From: Trichinella spiralis
Taxonomy: Eukaryota
Reading direction: 5' to 3'
DNA length: 64,000 nt
Assembly: GCF_000181795.1 (NCBI RefSeq)
Contig: NW_003526943.1
Span: 3,154,707-3,218,706, forward strand
Part shown: positions 37,596-52,146 of the stretch, piece after piece
Layout: each line of letters begins with the position of its first letter
Numbering within the stretch: the stretch's first letter is position 1
Program-made: the position numbers and the translations under genes
Notes under the pieces: model-generated
The model's input: only the letters and a program-made list of their open reading frames with translations
The model's database searches: none
What the model was told of the DNA's origin: nothing

Positions 37596-38851
37596 ATGCA
37601 TTTCATTTCAATCGGCATTGCATTTATTTTTGCATTCCATTTTGGAGAATGTAGTCCTCCAGTGAGAGCCGTTCAGCGAGAACAACAGCGCGGGTAAATT
37701 TGTCTTAATTCAGTCATTTTAAAATACTTTATTCTTGATAAAAAAATTAATTCAGGATTTTGCTTGACATCACGAAGCCGTACATAACTCTTCCTGTAGA
37801 ACATCATTATTTCGATTATGAAACAAGACATCCTGAACATCCTTACAAAAAGATGACAGAACTTTTATACGCTGAACTCCAACATGACAGGATGTATGTT
37901 ATTTTCAGAGGTGAAGAAACGGGATGTAGAAAAGGAACAGGGGTAAATAAATTTTTATTTTTCAACTTTCTTTCTATATTATAAATCTTTTAAAACATTT
38001 CTCATATTTTTTTTTCAAATTAGCAAAATTATTTAATAAATATTTTCAATGAATATTGTTTTTCGTTTACCCGTTTTTTGCAAATTACAATGCATTCGTC
38101 AGAATAATGCCGCTTTGAGTAATAATCCGCTTGCATTTAAGTTTTCATATGCTGATGTTTATCATCGTGTATCAAATCATAAAAATCCTTGTCCAGTAAT
38201 ACAATCACGCCCAATCGAATATTGCAGTGGTTACATTTACTTGATCAAACCAGAGCATGATGAGTTCAAATGTGGACCGCAGAGAATTCACCTCCCACAA
38301 GTGAGCATTTAATTATTCAATTTTTTTTCATAAACGACAAAAATTGAAAATGTAAATTTTCAGCGATCAGCTAGAACTTATTATGAAGAAGAAATTCGAT
38401 TTGAAATTTATGAATATTCTTATTTCCTTGAAAGCGTTCAAAAAGCAGGCCACTACAGACGTATTGTTAACTTCCGTCCTGTAGGACCTCTGGAAAATGG
38501 CCGATACTTGTACTTATTCGATTTGGTGAAAACAACCTGCTCAAGAACTCTTCGAGTACGTTCGCATTGCAACCGACGGAACTTATGCTAATTTGATTTG
38601 TTTTCTTTTTTCAGTTATCGTTCGACAAACTTAGCCAATGTCCCTTGGTGCAAGATCAAAAAATTCCATGCAAAGCTGATGTTGATCCTACTGGCTTACG
38701 TCCGACTATTTTCAAATGCGCTGACGGAAGTCACAGAAAACGACGACCAGCAGCGATTCAGCAGCAATCAGCAGCTTCTTCATATCATTACGAGTCGTAT
38801 GCATATTCACGTGAAATATATTATAAAAGCACTGAATATTTCGTAAATTAA
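37596..38851 (+). CDS. Secreted 303-aa protein with two cystatin-like Cys repeats
   Basis: Exons 37596-37693, 37756-37942, 38103-38300, 38364-38555 and 38615-38851 join in frame. Signal peptide MHFISIGIAFIFAFHFGEC. Repeats YVIFRGEETGC..CPVIQ..YC..FKC and YLFDLVKTTC..CPLVQ..PC..FKC. Confidence 0.75.
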
Positions 38852-39758
38852 TGCTTAATGCAATTTTGTAAACAAATCAATTTTCATTTATTGCATAAAG
38901 TGTATTACATAGTTTAATAAACGTTAAAAGTTGAATTATTTATTGCATTTGGGAGACAATATTACGTTATAAAATTTGAACATATAAACAAAATGGACAT
39001 TCCATTAATTAAAAAAAGTTAAACAAATATTTAAAAAGGAATTTCTTTAAAATAAAAACTAAAATGCTTAGTTGTGTTGTTTTGCATTTGTTATTAAACT
39101 GATACATTTTTTTGAAAAAAACAATTGAAAGCATGTCAAAAATTAATATCAAGCAGAGACACAAATGTTGCAGAAATGCACTCTCATCTTTATTTACTTT
39201 AACACGCTAACATATATTTTAAAAATATTTGCAATGCTGGAAAAATAATATTCGAGTTTGCTTCATATTATTTATTTAAATAAAAATTTCAGTGTATCCA
39301 ACTGTTTATACAATTTGAATACATCTTTGAAGCTTTTGCGCATTCATACAACTGCTACTGTTAAAATAATATTTTTAAACAAATAACATCCAACATGTTA
39401 TTTGTTGCTTGTCTAAGATGCACGAGCACAGGTTTTGAAATTGAACAAAAATATCAAAAAAACATACACAATTCAAAATTATTTAGTCAATTATTAATTA
39501 CAAAATGGATTCAAATGTTTTATTATTTTGTTAACGATATCACATTGCAATTAATGCAAACTACAACATTATATTGCAAAAAGCATAACTAAGTTATATC
39601 TTAAGATAATTATGGCAAAAAATTAATTTAAAAACCTGTAAATTAAAACAACAAAAATGTTATGAAAAAATTTTCAATCATCCAAATTTTAATTTATCAA
39701 CTTAACGAACAATATTTTCAAATACAATGACAACAGAAAGGAATTTTTTTACAATAAA

Positions 39759-41966
39759 TTAAACATTCCTTTCATCAATCTGAAAATATTGTAAAGATGT
39801 TTCAAAAAGTAATAAACTGTGCATTAACAATTCTTGCAGAGCGTAGAGTTTTTTCACTGAAATACTAAGCTTTTCTAAGCTTTGCTTTTCTGCGTCCGTA
39901 ACGTAACTAACTTTCGTTTCAGCAATCTGCCGCTCTTTTTCCTTGCCATCCAACTTTTCATCATTTCGAATCGTCTCGCAAACTGTATGGCACTTCTCTT
40001 CACGATGCAACAATTCCCTGCAAAAAATATACATATATTCAAAAAAAAACATTGTGAATAAAAGAATGTGTACTTCTGCGTTGTAATTTCTGCATTTCTT
40101 CTGTGTATACAATTCGCTATGGCCTACAATTATAACACTTGATATACAATTTCAAATTGTATGCCTGTAATTCACCCTGAGAGTTTCATCCAATGCTCGT
40201 TTTGCAGCCTGCATACGATCAACCGTTAAAAAGCTTATACAGCTTGAGTTAGCATCTGCCCCTGGCAAATCCTGAAAAACAAACACTGAAAAGTTGCACA
40301 CATTCAACCAACTCAACTGACAATTAACTCAACAAAGCTATCCTTGGTCAAAATATATGAAAATCGTGCTACATCATTGGGTGACATCAGGGCTTTATGT
40401 TCCAACTTGAACAAAATACTGTATTTAAAACAAATTTTTATAATAAAACAATGTTGTAACAAAATACTTCACTCTGCGCAACCACATTTTCCGCATGAAT
40501 TAAACGAAACAGTTGAGCTGCTTTTGGATCTGTCCTAAAGCACTGGATGAATTAAAGCACCAATGAGTCGAGCAAAAAAAAATACCTTTGTCTTATAAGT
40601 TGAGTTATTGCAGTGAAGCAGAGATGTTCAAATATTGAAGCATATTCTAAAGCGACGAAAACCATATTAAAAAATTAAAAATTAAATGAAAATCAATATT
40701 AAAAAAGGAAAAGTACTATCCATGTACTTATTATTATTATTATTATTATCTTACCGATCGTATAAGTTCGACCCCCAACAGTGTTATTAACGGATAACAA
40801 TTTCACCTATGAAAGCAGTATTCTTAAAATCATCAACACTGAAAGTGAACAACTCACAGAATCGTTGGCAAACACATCAAAATAATGTGACAATTCAGCT
40901 TTCATTGTAGAGCTCCCAGGATATTTTTTAAATATCTAAATAAATGATCAAATTTCGAAAATTAATTTTCATTTATGTTTACCTCGGAGTGTGAAATAAG
41001 ATTTGATCTTTTACTACGACATGGATCTATTTCGTTCACATCCATTATGAAGCAAAACACCTCAGCAGCGGTCTAAATTGAAAAGTAACAAATCAGTGCA
41101 CAATAAAAAAAATTATTTCATACTTCGTCATAACGGTCAGTGATAAAATCGAGAATAAGCTTCTGTCTCAAGCAGTTTTCAATGAAATTGAAATTGACAG
41201 ACCAGTATATAACTTTTTTCATTTTGCTTTCTCCAAAAAAAAATCAGCATTTCTATTAATCATAGAATCGTCACGTGAAACGCACAGACGTACGCTTACC
41301 AGAATTCGACGCTCTGTATTGGTTCAAACAAACTGAAGAATCATCTTCTACAAAATTCCAATTAAAAACGTTGCACTGCTTTATTATTTTGCAATGAACC
41401 AAGTTCGAGAACATTTGTTGCACTTCAGATTTGGTAGTCGTACATTCTTCAATAATTGTCAATTAATAAAATGTAAATAAAGTATAAATTAATACTTTTT
41501 GACAGTCGTTGAAAAGTGAAGTCAACACAATCGACTTCGCTTAATTTACCACAAGTCAACAGTTCAAAAGCAACTGCTTCTGCAATATTTCCAAAAAGCA
41601 GAAACACCACACGCATATACTCGGCATACCAAAGCAGTTTTATTATAGCAGGTGAATGAATGTTGTATACAATACGTGACTTTTCTTCGAGAGTGAAGGT
41701 TACAATATCGAATCGTATAAATATTCTTAATAATCTCCTTACCTAATAGTACACATAACAATAGTAATCATTACTATTAACTGTAAATTAATAATAAATA
41801 CTTCTATTGGCGGTAAATTTACAAGTTGAACAAGTTCGTTCAAATCAGTGGCACAAGGCATTTTCATTAATATTTTCGCAAGTGCTGCAGCATTCTTTCC
41901 AAAATATTCTTCAATAATTAAGATGCACAGTTCATAACCTTTATGGCCCGTGAATTTCAATTCCAT
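39759..41966 (-). CDS. POLR3C: RNA polymerase III subunit RPC3 (C62/C82)
   Basis: N-terminus YELCILIIEEYFGKNAAALAKIL matches the RPC3 LCxLLxxEHFG pattern; YWSVNFNF segment; many short exons; helical C-terminus LLLFETSLQYF. Confidence 0.78.
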
Positions 41967-42626
41967 GTCAGACTTTTATCATTAAAATAATTATAAATAA
42001 AAATAAGCTTATTGTCAGCTAAACTGAAAATCATGTTTAAACAACGTATTACTGTAAATGTGCGATTCATCAGTCGACAATAAATTTGTAAAAGTATAAA
42101 ATTAAAGATAACATAACGAATACTAATTTTAATAAAAAAATGTGATCTTTTGTAAAAAGAAATACTAAAAACAAATGATAGTTTAAATTTTTCAGTATAA
42201 TACAGTACAGTTGTTTGTTGACTTTACAGTTTCTTGACATATGCAAATGTAAAAATTTTTATAAGTTGCTTGTATATATATATATATTTTACTTATTTAA
42301 TGTTATTGTAGAATTCACAAATGAAATAACTAAACATGATTTAAAAATAGGTTCTCATGAACTCGACATATTTTGTATTAAGGATGTTATTTCCAGATTG
42401 ATTTATATTACAAGTCATCAGCTTCATTGTCCACAATTGACTTCTTCAACAAATAATAGGATGACTGAAAAGATATAATTAATTTAGCAGTGTGTATTTA
42501 TTTCATAAAATTGAATCAGAAGAAAACCATGATTTTTACACATTCACATTTAGTACAACAAATAATAAAAACTTGCAAATGATCTTCATTTCATCCTTTA
42601 AAAATTTTCTTGAAATATAAACGCTT

Positions 42627-45600
42627 TCATTCTTCATTTAGAAAATTATCCTTCATTTCTGCCAACGCATTCAGTGATTTCTGCGCTGATTCTCTTAACA
42701 AATCTGGCTGCTTTTCGTCCAAGTACACAGTAATACAACTGACACAGCTTTCCATTATTTCCAACGATACTTGCAGTATCTTGAACAATTTTGGCATAGC
42801 ACTTATCAGGTGGAGTTGGAATCGAAAATGAACAGTCTGCATGTAAGATGTACCGGCTCTTCGACTTCGTTCAGCCAATTTGGAAAAAAATTTATCAAAT
42901 ATTGGCCATGCTTCCTTCTGCATCCGCATTGAATAAAATGTTCCAGAATTTTCCACACAAGCAACCAATGTTTTAAAAGCAGCGAACTGACAAACGACAT
43001 CTGAATCGTCCAGACGACAAAGCAGAGCTGGCCAAAGTCGGTGCAACAACGGCAGTAGAGTTCTACGACACTGACACAACGCTTGTACACAATATACGAT
43101 CAACTCCAGGAAGCCGATACGTGTCTGTATTGAGCCTGATCGAATCCATGCACGAGCTCGATGCATAATTTCCACCACAAGTACAAGATGCCATGGAAGT
43201 TTGTCCTTCCTCTCGTCCTCTGCTTCTCCTTCAATTGGAACGTTTGCTTTTGAATCCGAATTACAAAGTTTGCAAAAACGAGTCAACGCAGAAATAAGGT
43301 GGCATAAATTTTCTATTGGATGTTCGTCGCCATGATCCAGAACCAGCAGCATTTCTTGCAAAACAGGTGCCAACGGTTCAACGTGCTTCAAATCCACAAA
43401 CCGATCCAACAACGCGCTCAATGTCAACGACAATTCCGGATAGAGACTGTAGAAACGAAATTGAATCAAAAGTGCCGATGATAAATTGCCAATATTTGAT
43501 AAAAGAAGTTCATCTACGTTTGCCTGATTCAAAGCAACGGCAATGCTATTCAAAGTTAGCATTGCAGAACGCCGACTTTCGTCACGCAGTGTTAATCTCA
43601 AAACGGCATACAGAGATGACATCAAATGCTCTTTGATTTCCTCTTTCAGCAGCAGTGCACAAAATTTAATCGTCTCCAACAGTAATATCACGTTCAATTT
43701 CCCGAGGCTTCTATTTTCGACCAGCCGGGCTAACGTCGACGGTAGCAAACTTCTTGCCAACTGAGAGCCAACTTTTGGTCGTTTTCCCATTAAAGCATGA
43801 AGAATTGAATTGACAACAAATAATTCTTCAGGTCTGAAATTTTGACGACATCGCTTAAAATTCAGACAATCAACAAGAAGATCCAAATCTTCGATCAATA
43901 CTAAAAGATTGAACGCATCCAAATAAAACGACACTGCTTCGTTGTCAGTTGGTGTGACTAATACAACAGAATTATCAGGTTGTAACAGCAGCATCATTTG
44001 ACTTTTAGACGAAGACCAAAAGCAATCGCAATCTTCAAAAATATCCACAACCCTCATTCTTACTTCGATACTATTTACCAACGCATTCACTAAAAAAATG
44101 TTATTCATTATTTTATAAAAGTTACATTTTCCGAGTAATTCTAAAAATCGGCTGAAAATCTGCAATTTTACTTTCGATATTTTATCATTTACATTTAATT
44201 ATATGTTCAATTTGTTTATCTTTTAATATATGTAATAGAAAATGATATTAAAACGATAAACTTTCATATCTTTCACTCACTCGAAACAAAGAATTTTATA
44301 CAGATGAAATATCTGAAAGATGTGTTAAAATTACGTTATGAATTATATCAGTCAAGTAATGAATTACCATTTTAACTTTAAGATGATAAACTATAATACG
44401 AATAGCATAAATGCATCAAAGTAAAATTTTTCAATAAAACATTACAAAACTACATAACTAAGAAATGTTGAAAAATTAAAAATAAACATACTTAAAGAAG
44501 AAGCTTGTTTTCTGCACAAGCAAAACATAGTTAAACCACTTTTGCCAAACATTTTCAAATAACCACAGAAAGTTCGAAGCAAAACTTTTTGTTGAACTGG
44601 CAATAAATCAGACATTTTCGTCATTGTAACTAAAGTACTAGTAAAATTTTCAATAACTAAATTTTGAATTTTACAGTTTGAACAATAAGAATCTTTCACA
44701 CTAAGCTGAACTAGCTTGTCGGTATCGTACAAGAGAGTAGCAACGACATCCAAAAAACGATGTTCAACTTCAACAGTAATGGCATGCCGTTTTTCAAGCA
44801 GAAGTGTAATTTTTCTACCCAAAATTATTCTTACTTCCTTATTCGGACAGTTGACAAGCTTTTTTAACACTTTATATAGCAATGTTTTCAACTTTGTGCA
44901 AGTTGTGGTGCGCCATTCTTTGTCCTGCTTTTCTTCGACACTTCCAGCCATGTTTATAACATCGAATAACAATGCCAAATATTCAGCGAGCATAGAAAAT
45001 TCACTGGACGAATAGCAATGAAATAAAAAGTTTGTAACAGAAATACAAACACCTGGCAAAACAGATGCAATCAAACAAGGAGTAAGCATTAAACGTAGGC
45101 AACGGCAGACGTACAATAAACATTCGGCTTCCATATCAGTAGAAAGCAGTTGCATGAATGCGTATGTTAAATGACTAAAGAGTAGCAATCCTTTTTTCTC
45201 TTCCTGTATATGTGAAAGTACATCTTTACCTAAATTACAGTTTCAAGATGTCTACTAAATAGTGTACAGTAAAGCTTAGACAAATGTTCATGTTAAAAAA
45301 AAACAAAACACAAAGCCTTTACAATAAAACATGGAAACTTTTATCCTTAAAGAATAAAAAAAATACCTGATTTTGAGAATAAATCACACAAGCCTTTAAT
45401 AATAGTGAGCAAAATCATTGGTTCAATTTGTTTTAATATCATATCATCTTGTAAAGGGCAAAGAAAATCCAACACTCGGTTTATCACTTCAGATATTAAA
45501 TCTGCTTCTTCAATATGCTCACATTTTTTTATAATTTCAAATATCAGTGAAAATAACTGGTGGATGTCAGCTACAGAAATTTTATTACACTTCAAAACGG

Positions 45601-45754
45601 TGAATGGCAAGGAAAGCAAACTCGCCACATTCTCTTCAACTATGTGTTTTTCCATTTGTGAAATCATTCGCAAATAACGATTGTTATTTAAAATCAAACT
45701 AGGATTTAATTCGTTTGAAGCATTCGCTAACATAAGTTGTTTGATATTAAGCAT
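42627..45754 (-). CDS. TTI1: TELO2-interacting protein 1 (HEAT-repeat subunit of the TTT complex)
   Basis: Long Leu-rich helical ORFs with IASVLPGVC and LLPLLHRLWPALLCRL.D..AF.TL, plus YLDEKQP..L near the end, recalled as TTI1 blocks. Confidence 0.72.
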
Positions 45755-46429
45755 TTCTATCGAAAAAGCAGTTATATATGAAAAGTATTTTGATGTAATG
45801 ACAGTATGAATAATGATTTCAAGTTCAATTGTTTTTTAATTTAATTCAGGAAATTGTTTAAAAAATTATTTTTTTATATAAAATGAATTTTTAATTAAAT
45901 TATTTAATAATAAATATATGATGCTAATATTATGAAAAAGAATACAAAAAGTTGAGCACCAATTCCCCCAACGAACTCGCCTGTTTTTTAATCTAAATTT
46001 CATTGGTTGTCACTATGATGCGTTCTATTTGTTAAATATTTGTTTCCGATCAATAGTCAGTTTTCTCATTCAATTCATAGCTTTCTTATTTTTAAACTAT
46101 GTATTTTAAAAAATTAAACAGTTCCCAAAAGTAATTATTTGATGAAAATTGATTTAATGAAATTTGAACAAAATGACTTTTTTCTTTTGTATTAATCAAA
46201 AATCCACCTGGAGAACCTGAAAGTTGTCCATATGGTTTTATATGATATTGCAATTTTGTGAAGCTAGATATAATTTTGTATAGAGCTGAAGTTGTAGTCT
46301 GAAATCCTATTAAGCGGAAGGCCAGATAGAATCTGTCAATCTCTGGTACTTAATTGCTTTATTCTTCCTATTTGTATATTAATCCGTTATTTTAATTGGC
46401 ATGTTTCAACTCGGCACAACTTTTACACC

Positions 46430-47525
46430 ACATTTTCTTATTGGTTATTAAAATAGATTTCTCATTCAGTGTTTACGATATATATAGTAAGACTGGCTTT
46501 CACTATCTAATTGCTCACTGATTCGCTGTTTTGATTACCTACAATATTTTTCATTTCATTGGTTCAGACATTTCCATTTACAATATCTAATTTTAGTACT
46601 AGTGACGTAACTTTAATCTTTTCAACGCTTTACTAAATTTACGTTTATCTAAATTCATGAAGTTTTATCATTCATGTAATAACTGTTTCTTTGCAAAAAA
46701 TTTGTTTTACATTTCACGTAATTCGGTGATCAGTATTTTTAATACCAATTTTTTCATTCTTCTATATCAATATTTTGTTATTATACCATAATACACTCCT
46801 ATAAAACAAATTTGCAATAGCTCAACAAAAGCAGCAAGCAGTGATTTTTATTTTTCAAAATTCAACATCAGTAATAACAGCAAAGAACAGGCAATAACGG
46901 CAGTAATGAAAAACATTAAATAACAGGCAATAACAACAATAATAAACAGAAATGACTGGGCTAAACAAATATAAGTGATTAATATTAGCAAAGTAGAAAC
47001 AACGAAAAAGGAAAGTAAGCAATCAATAAAGCATATTACAAAACTACCACTTGCAGACGGCCTCAAATCGGCTCCGGAGCTAGGTACATTAATGCTTCGA
47101 AAAACTGCTCCAATGTATGTCTACCGCTGGTGTAGTCACCGGTATATCTAATGATCAGTCGTTGCTTTTCAGTATAAACTCTATTTATCCATCTTAATTC
47201 AAAAGCGACAGTGTTTCCTGACAGCATCTGGAAATTTTGTAATTGGTTTCCTCTATCAGGAGTTGGAGCAGCTTGTAAAACCTGAGTTTGTTTCCACCGA
47301 CTTTTTTGTCCATCCAATTATGCCAACCTTCCAAGTGGTTATTGCTTCTAATACTTATATTATGTGCATTCCAAAGCGGCAGCCTTTCATTGCTCATTCA
47401 CTGAAGAATTGAAATGTAGTGACTGCTTCAGGAAAGCAAACATACGTATAGATTTGCGGTATAGGGAGTTAAGCGGTGGCCAGGATCATTTTTACTGCAC
47501 CTTTTGTTTCATTTTCTGTCCGGTA
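46430..47525 (-). mobile_element. Second, more decayed MULE copy (3' third of transposase plus non-coding end)
   Basis: LWNAHNISIRSNNHLEGWHN and TLEQFFEALMYLAPEPI* parallel 4442-4790 (TLEQFLEALMYITPEPI*). Confidence 0.85.
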
Positions 47526-48290
47526 TCGAAATCGCCCACGAAAGGCAAATAACTGTTCATCCACACACAAAAGTAGATTTGGAGAAAATGATTCACCACA
47601 GTTACGAACGAATTTATTTGAGAATAAAACATTTTGACGTCGTGCATATGTCGTGCACGCAACGCTCTGCTCGCGTTCAGAAGTCATCGAACCGTATGCA
47701 TCGCGCCATTTGGTGGAATGGGCACCGCAGTATTGTAGTCATGAAGACTAGCAATTTTACAGTATTGCAGCTTTTTTCACTTTACATATCCAACACCGGT
47801 TCTTTCCTACCATGGTAACAACCAGCAATAAGCAGTATACCAAAAAAAAATCTGCCTTCATTTCGAGCAAGTTTTCACATCGATCCATGAGTCCTGTTCT
47901 GCTTTATGCAATGAATATCAAATTGTTTCATAACAAATGATATCTACAATTTCATCATCGATCAAGCATTCAGCAGGACGAGATATTATACGGATTTTGA
48001 TCGTTAGGCCAGGTTTGTTTCAACAGTGCTGATGCTGGCACTTTTACTTGCGTTTGCGTGCTCTGGTTCGCTCTGTTCATTCGATACTGCTGGAAGCAAC
48101 GAATGCCCCGGGCTGAACAAACTGTCTATCTTTGCTCTTGATCTCTTCCTCAGTACTTTCTTCATCCGAAAGTATATGGTCTTTGACCTCTGAATCTTCT
48201 TCAGCAACGAAATCACTGCCACTCTTTTCAGTTTTCTGGAAAAAAGAGAAAACTCTTCTTCACGTTGCTCGAAACTACTCTTCCGCTCAG
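47526..48290 (-). mobile_element. Decayed piggyBac transposase, N-terminal half
   Basis: FSPNLLLCVDEQLFAFRGR (first catalytic Asp motif), GILLIAG, acidic N-terminal region; many frameshifts. Confidence 0.8.
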
Positions 48291-48319
48291 ATTCTGAAAG
48301 TAAGGGAATTCGCCTGATC

Positions 48320-49210
48320 AGATGTGACTCTCAGTTTCCATGCCCACGCTTGCACTCTTTCAAACAATGCTCGGGCTCCATACAAGCGAAACAGACGGAC
48401 GCGTCAACTTCCTTACTATTCTTTGGCTAGCCGTTGGTCACGTAACATATAATCTTTATAAATGCTGGGCAATTTTGCGTAGCGGCACTAATGTTCATCT
48501 CTTGAATAGCGGGAAGTTCTTTGGAAATGTGTGTAACAACTTCTCCTTACCATTGCTCTTCCACTTCGGCATCCCTTCCATTCATCCATGTCTGGTAGTT
48601 GGGATACTGTGTCGGGACGATATTTGCAGCACCTGGTTTGTATTTAATGTCATAATCGAAAACTTGCAATCTACCTGACCATCTGGAAATATCCATACTT
48701 GCCCTTTCAGCACTTTGCTCTTCAATAAAGAATTCAACGAGCGTTGATCTGAACACAACGTAAACCGTCTTCCCCATAGCCAAGATCGATATTTTTCAAC
48801 AGCCAATATACACGCCTATGCTTCCTTCTCAACAACCGAATATTTGCGCTCAGCTGCAGCTAGTGCTCGTGAGCCAAATGTACCAGTGAGTTCAATACTG
48901 TCTCCGTGTACTTTAAATAAAACTGTACCAATTCCAACATTAGAAGCATCTGTCGTGACAATGGAAGGTAGATTAGGGTAATATATCGTTAAATCAGGAC
49001 TTTCAATTAGTAAAAGTATCAACTTCTGAAAGCCACATTCAACTCAGGGTTCCAAGCGAACTCCACTTTTGATCGAGTCGGAGCACGAAAATACTGAATA
49101 TTAGTTAAAAAACAAAGTAAAAAGCACACATGCACGCGAAAGGGATCTACAATCACCTGTAGCGATTGATCCCAGTCACGAACATCAGTTTTACCACTAC
49201 CTATTACCAT
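48320..49210 (-). mobile_element. Decayed Ty3/Gypsy pol fragment (RNase H region)
   Basis: IVTTDASNVGIGTVL, SRALAAAERKYSVVEKEA, AVEKYRSWLWGRRFTLCSDQRSL, RWSGRLQVFDYDIKYKPGAAN. Confidence 0.9.
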
Positions 49211-50024
49211 AACCTATTGTTATCATGAATTCAGGTACTAATCAGCAGGATTCGCTACGTCCTCTAAAAATTCCCAGCAGTGCTAATAGAATTTACGATT
49301 GACTGATAAATTTTTATTTATTTCACGTATTAAAAGGTAAATAAGCAAGAAAAAAGGAAATCAGTTGAGCATTGAAATTATTTTGTATTCCATAATAAGA
49401 ACAAGTGATTGTACTTGAGCATCAAAAGTTTGATCAAAAGACGTCTATACAAAAATTAAAGTGAAACTGAAGCTCTAATTTTTTTTCATCGCCTACTTTC
49501 TTATCTGTATCACTTTATATCTTAGGCACTGTGTGTTAATGAACAAAGGTAAAATTTTGGTAAGTGATAATAAGTTTAAGCATGTGATAAAAGAAAGCAA
49601 TTTTATTTATAATAGTAATAAAGAAGACGGCATTCTAGTTATACAGATCAAAAATTGATGCTCTTACAATTTTAAGAGTTAGTATACTTCTGTTATAAAC
49701 CTAACTTTAATATTACTGTATTATTTTTTATTATAATTATTTTAACAGTTATAAAATACTTTAATTATTTTTATGACAATTTTTATTTTATTATTTATTA
49801 CATTCAGAGGTAGGTGGCATAAATTAAATTTTTAGATGAATGTAAGTAAATATGTACGTACATGCTTGTTTTTAATTTTACTGTGACCCATATTATTTGA
49901 AGTTGTATCTTCGATTTGTCGGCAGTTCTTTCGTCTGTATACTTAAATAGCAATTGCTGTATAATTTATTTTGCATTAATGGTGATAATATAAAGTATAA
50001 ACATATTTCAGGTTTTTCATTGCA

Positions 50025-51417
50025 ATGGATACTTTTGCTGATGAATGTAAACAATATTTTGACACCGAATGCCTTTATGAATTATTGAATTTATCGAAAG
50101 ATGCTAAGCCAGATCGTACTACAAGTATGTGATATATCATTATATATTTTTAGAAATATTCTACATCATCTGTGAATGAAAATCTTTGATGATTTCTCTT
50201 AAATAATCTTAATTTTTGAAAATCATTTACGTGATAAAGGTGTTAAACATTTTGAGTGTATAGCTCATTTTTTGAATAATACTGATTTAAATGTGAAGTA
50301 TGGTAGTTTTTTGACATCGATGAGCTAAGTGATTTTAAGCTGTATTATTAGAATATTTTTTTAATGTTATTATATGTGTAGATAGTTTTTGAATAAAGTG
50401 AATGTATATGTAAAGTATATCATATGTTTAGTTAAGAAAGCATATTATAAAGCATCATTGAAATATCATCCTGATCGAGTTCATGGGAAGGACGAAAAGG
50501 AATTAGCAACGAAGAAATTTCAAATTTTATCCAAAGCGTTTGATGTGCTTTATGATGAAGAAAAAAGAGCAGCATATGATGAAATGGGTTAGTTAAAGTA
50601 ATTAAAGAACGTATACTTTTTTTATAATTGCGATTTTAGGATTGGTTGGTAATGACTTGCTTTCGAAAGTTTCTGACTGGATGACTTTTTGGCGTAAATT
50701 ATTTAAGCCTGTTGAAAAGCAGGATATTGAGAGCTTCTACGCAAATTATATTGGTAAATATTGATATTATGATATCACTGGTGTATTTTATTTAAGTGTA
50801 AAAAATAATCTTTTAGGTTCTGAAGAGGAACGTTATGATTTAAAGAAGGCCTACCTTGCAAAGAAAGGTGACATGGATTATATTGTGGAGACCATTTGTG
50901 GAATCTCCTCACCCGAGGAAGAATCTCGTTATCGAGAAATTTTATTGGAAATGATAAAAAACAGAGAGATTCCTGCTTACAAACAGTTCACTCAAGAAGA
51001 TCCAAATAAAAAAATGAAAAGAATAAATCGGGTATGAATTCAAATGTTTTTAGTATACATTCCTGTAATGTAATTCATTGTAGTATTGAAAGTGTTGATT
51101 ATTATGATTAATTTAATTATTAGTATTAATTAATATGACAAATTATATTGTTTTACTTTTCGTTTTTGGAATTAGTAAAAACATTTTCAAATATTGAAAT
51201 GCAAATTACATTTAAAATTTAAGATACAAGTGCATTTTTATAGGCAAAAAGGGAAGCACAGCGATTCAAAAAGGAAAGTGAGAAATGTCCTTCCGGTGAT
51301 TTATTTGCAGAAATTGCTAAAAGAGCCGAAAAACGACGGAAAGATGGGGAAGCATTCCTGGATCGTCTAGCTGCATCTTGTTCAAAAGTGACGAAGAAAT
51401 CTGGCAAAAAGAACTGA
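50025..51417 (+). CDS. DNAJC9: DnaJ homolog subfamily C member 9
   Basis: [30 protein letters not shown] (HPD motif), [31 protein letters not shown]; 5 exons. Confidence 0.9.
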
Positions 51418-52146
51418 TTTGCAACTGAGTTTTATAACCATATATCACATATACACTACTTTTTATCTTTGCTCTATCTGTTGATTCTGATTTTTTGAAT
51501 AATAAATGTTTTTAACGAGTTGATTTGGTAGTTTATGAGACGAAATGAGTTTAGTTCGAACTAAGCCATTATTCAGTTTTGTCAACCAACCAATGATTTA
51601 TCTTGTATTTGATTTTCAAAAGTAAGCAATTTTGAAAAAGATACTATGTGAATATCATCATACGACGTATGCTAGGTAACTTTCAAAAAAGCTGCTAATG
51701 CAGCGCAATATTCATGTGAACTGTTGTAATTATAAATCTTGCAAGTCAGAGAATTTTATTAACAATGTGGTTGTTTTATGGAGAAATTGAAACTAGAGGT
51801 TTCTGAGAGAACAGAAAAATCTTATGATAAAGTTTAAATAGGGTTATTTAAATTAGAATGTAAAATACTTCTAAAGAAAAGCATCGAAAGTCTTTTCTAT
51901 TATTAAAATTGTCATCTAAGTAAATGCCGAAGTAAAATACAAAGCTGTCTGTATTTGCTATAATACATGAATGTCAGACTTAATTACATTAAATGAAGAA
52001 GTGGTCATTAAATAAAGCGAAATAAAAGTAAATCATCACAAGAGTCAAATTTGTGAAGATCAAATTGTAGAAAGAGTAAAGTATTTGTATTACGTTTGTA
52101 AATCTGAAAATACTGATAAAAATACATATGTATACATAAAAGAGTA

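Noticed and set aside
50215..50340. Nested inverted repeats in DNAJC9 intron 1 as a snoRNA
   Set aside because: Stems exist (aaaatcattta/taagtgatttt, tagctcatt/gatgagcta), but the box motifs are imperfect or absent.
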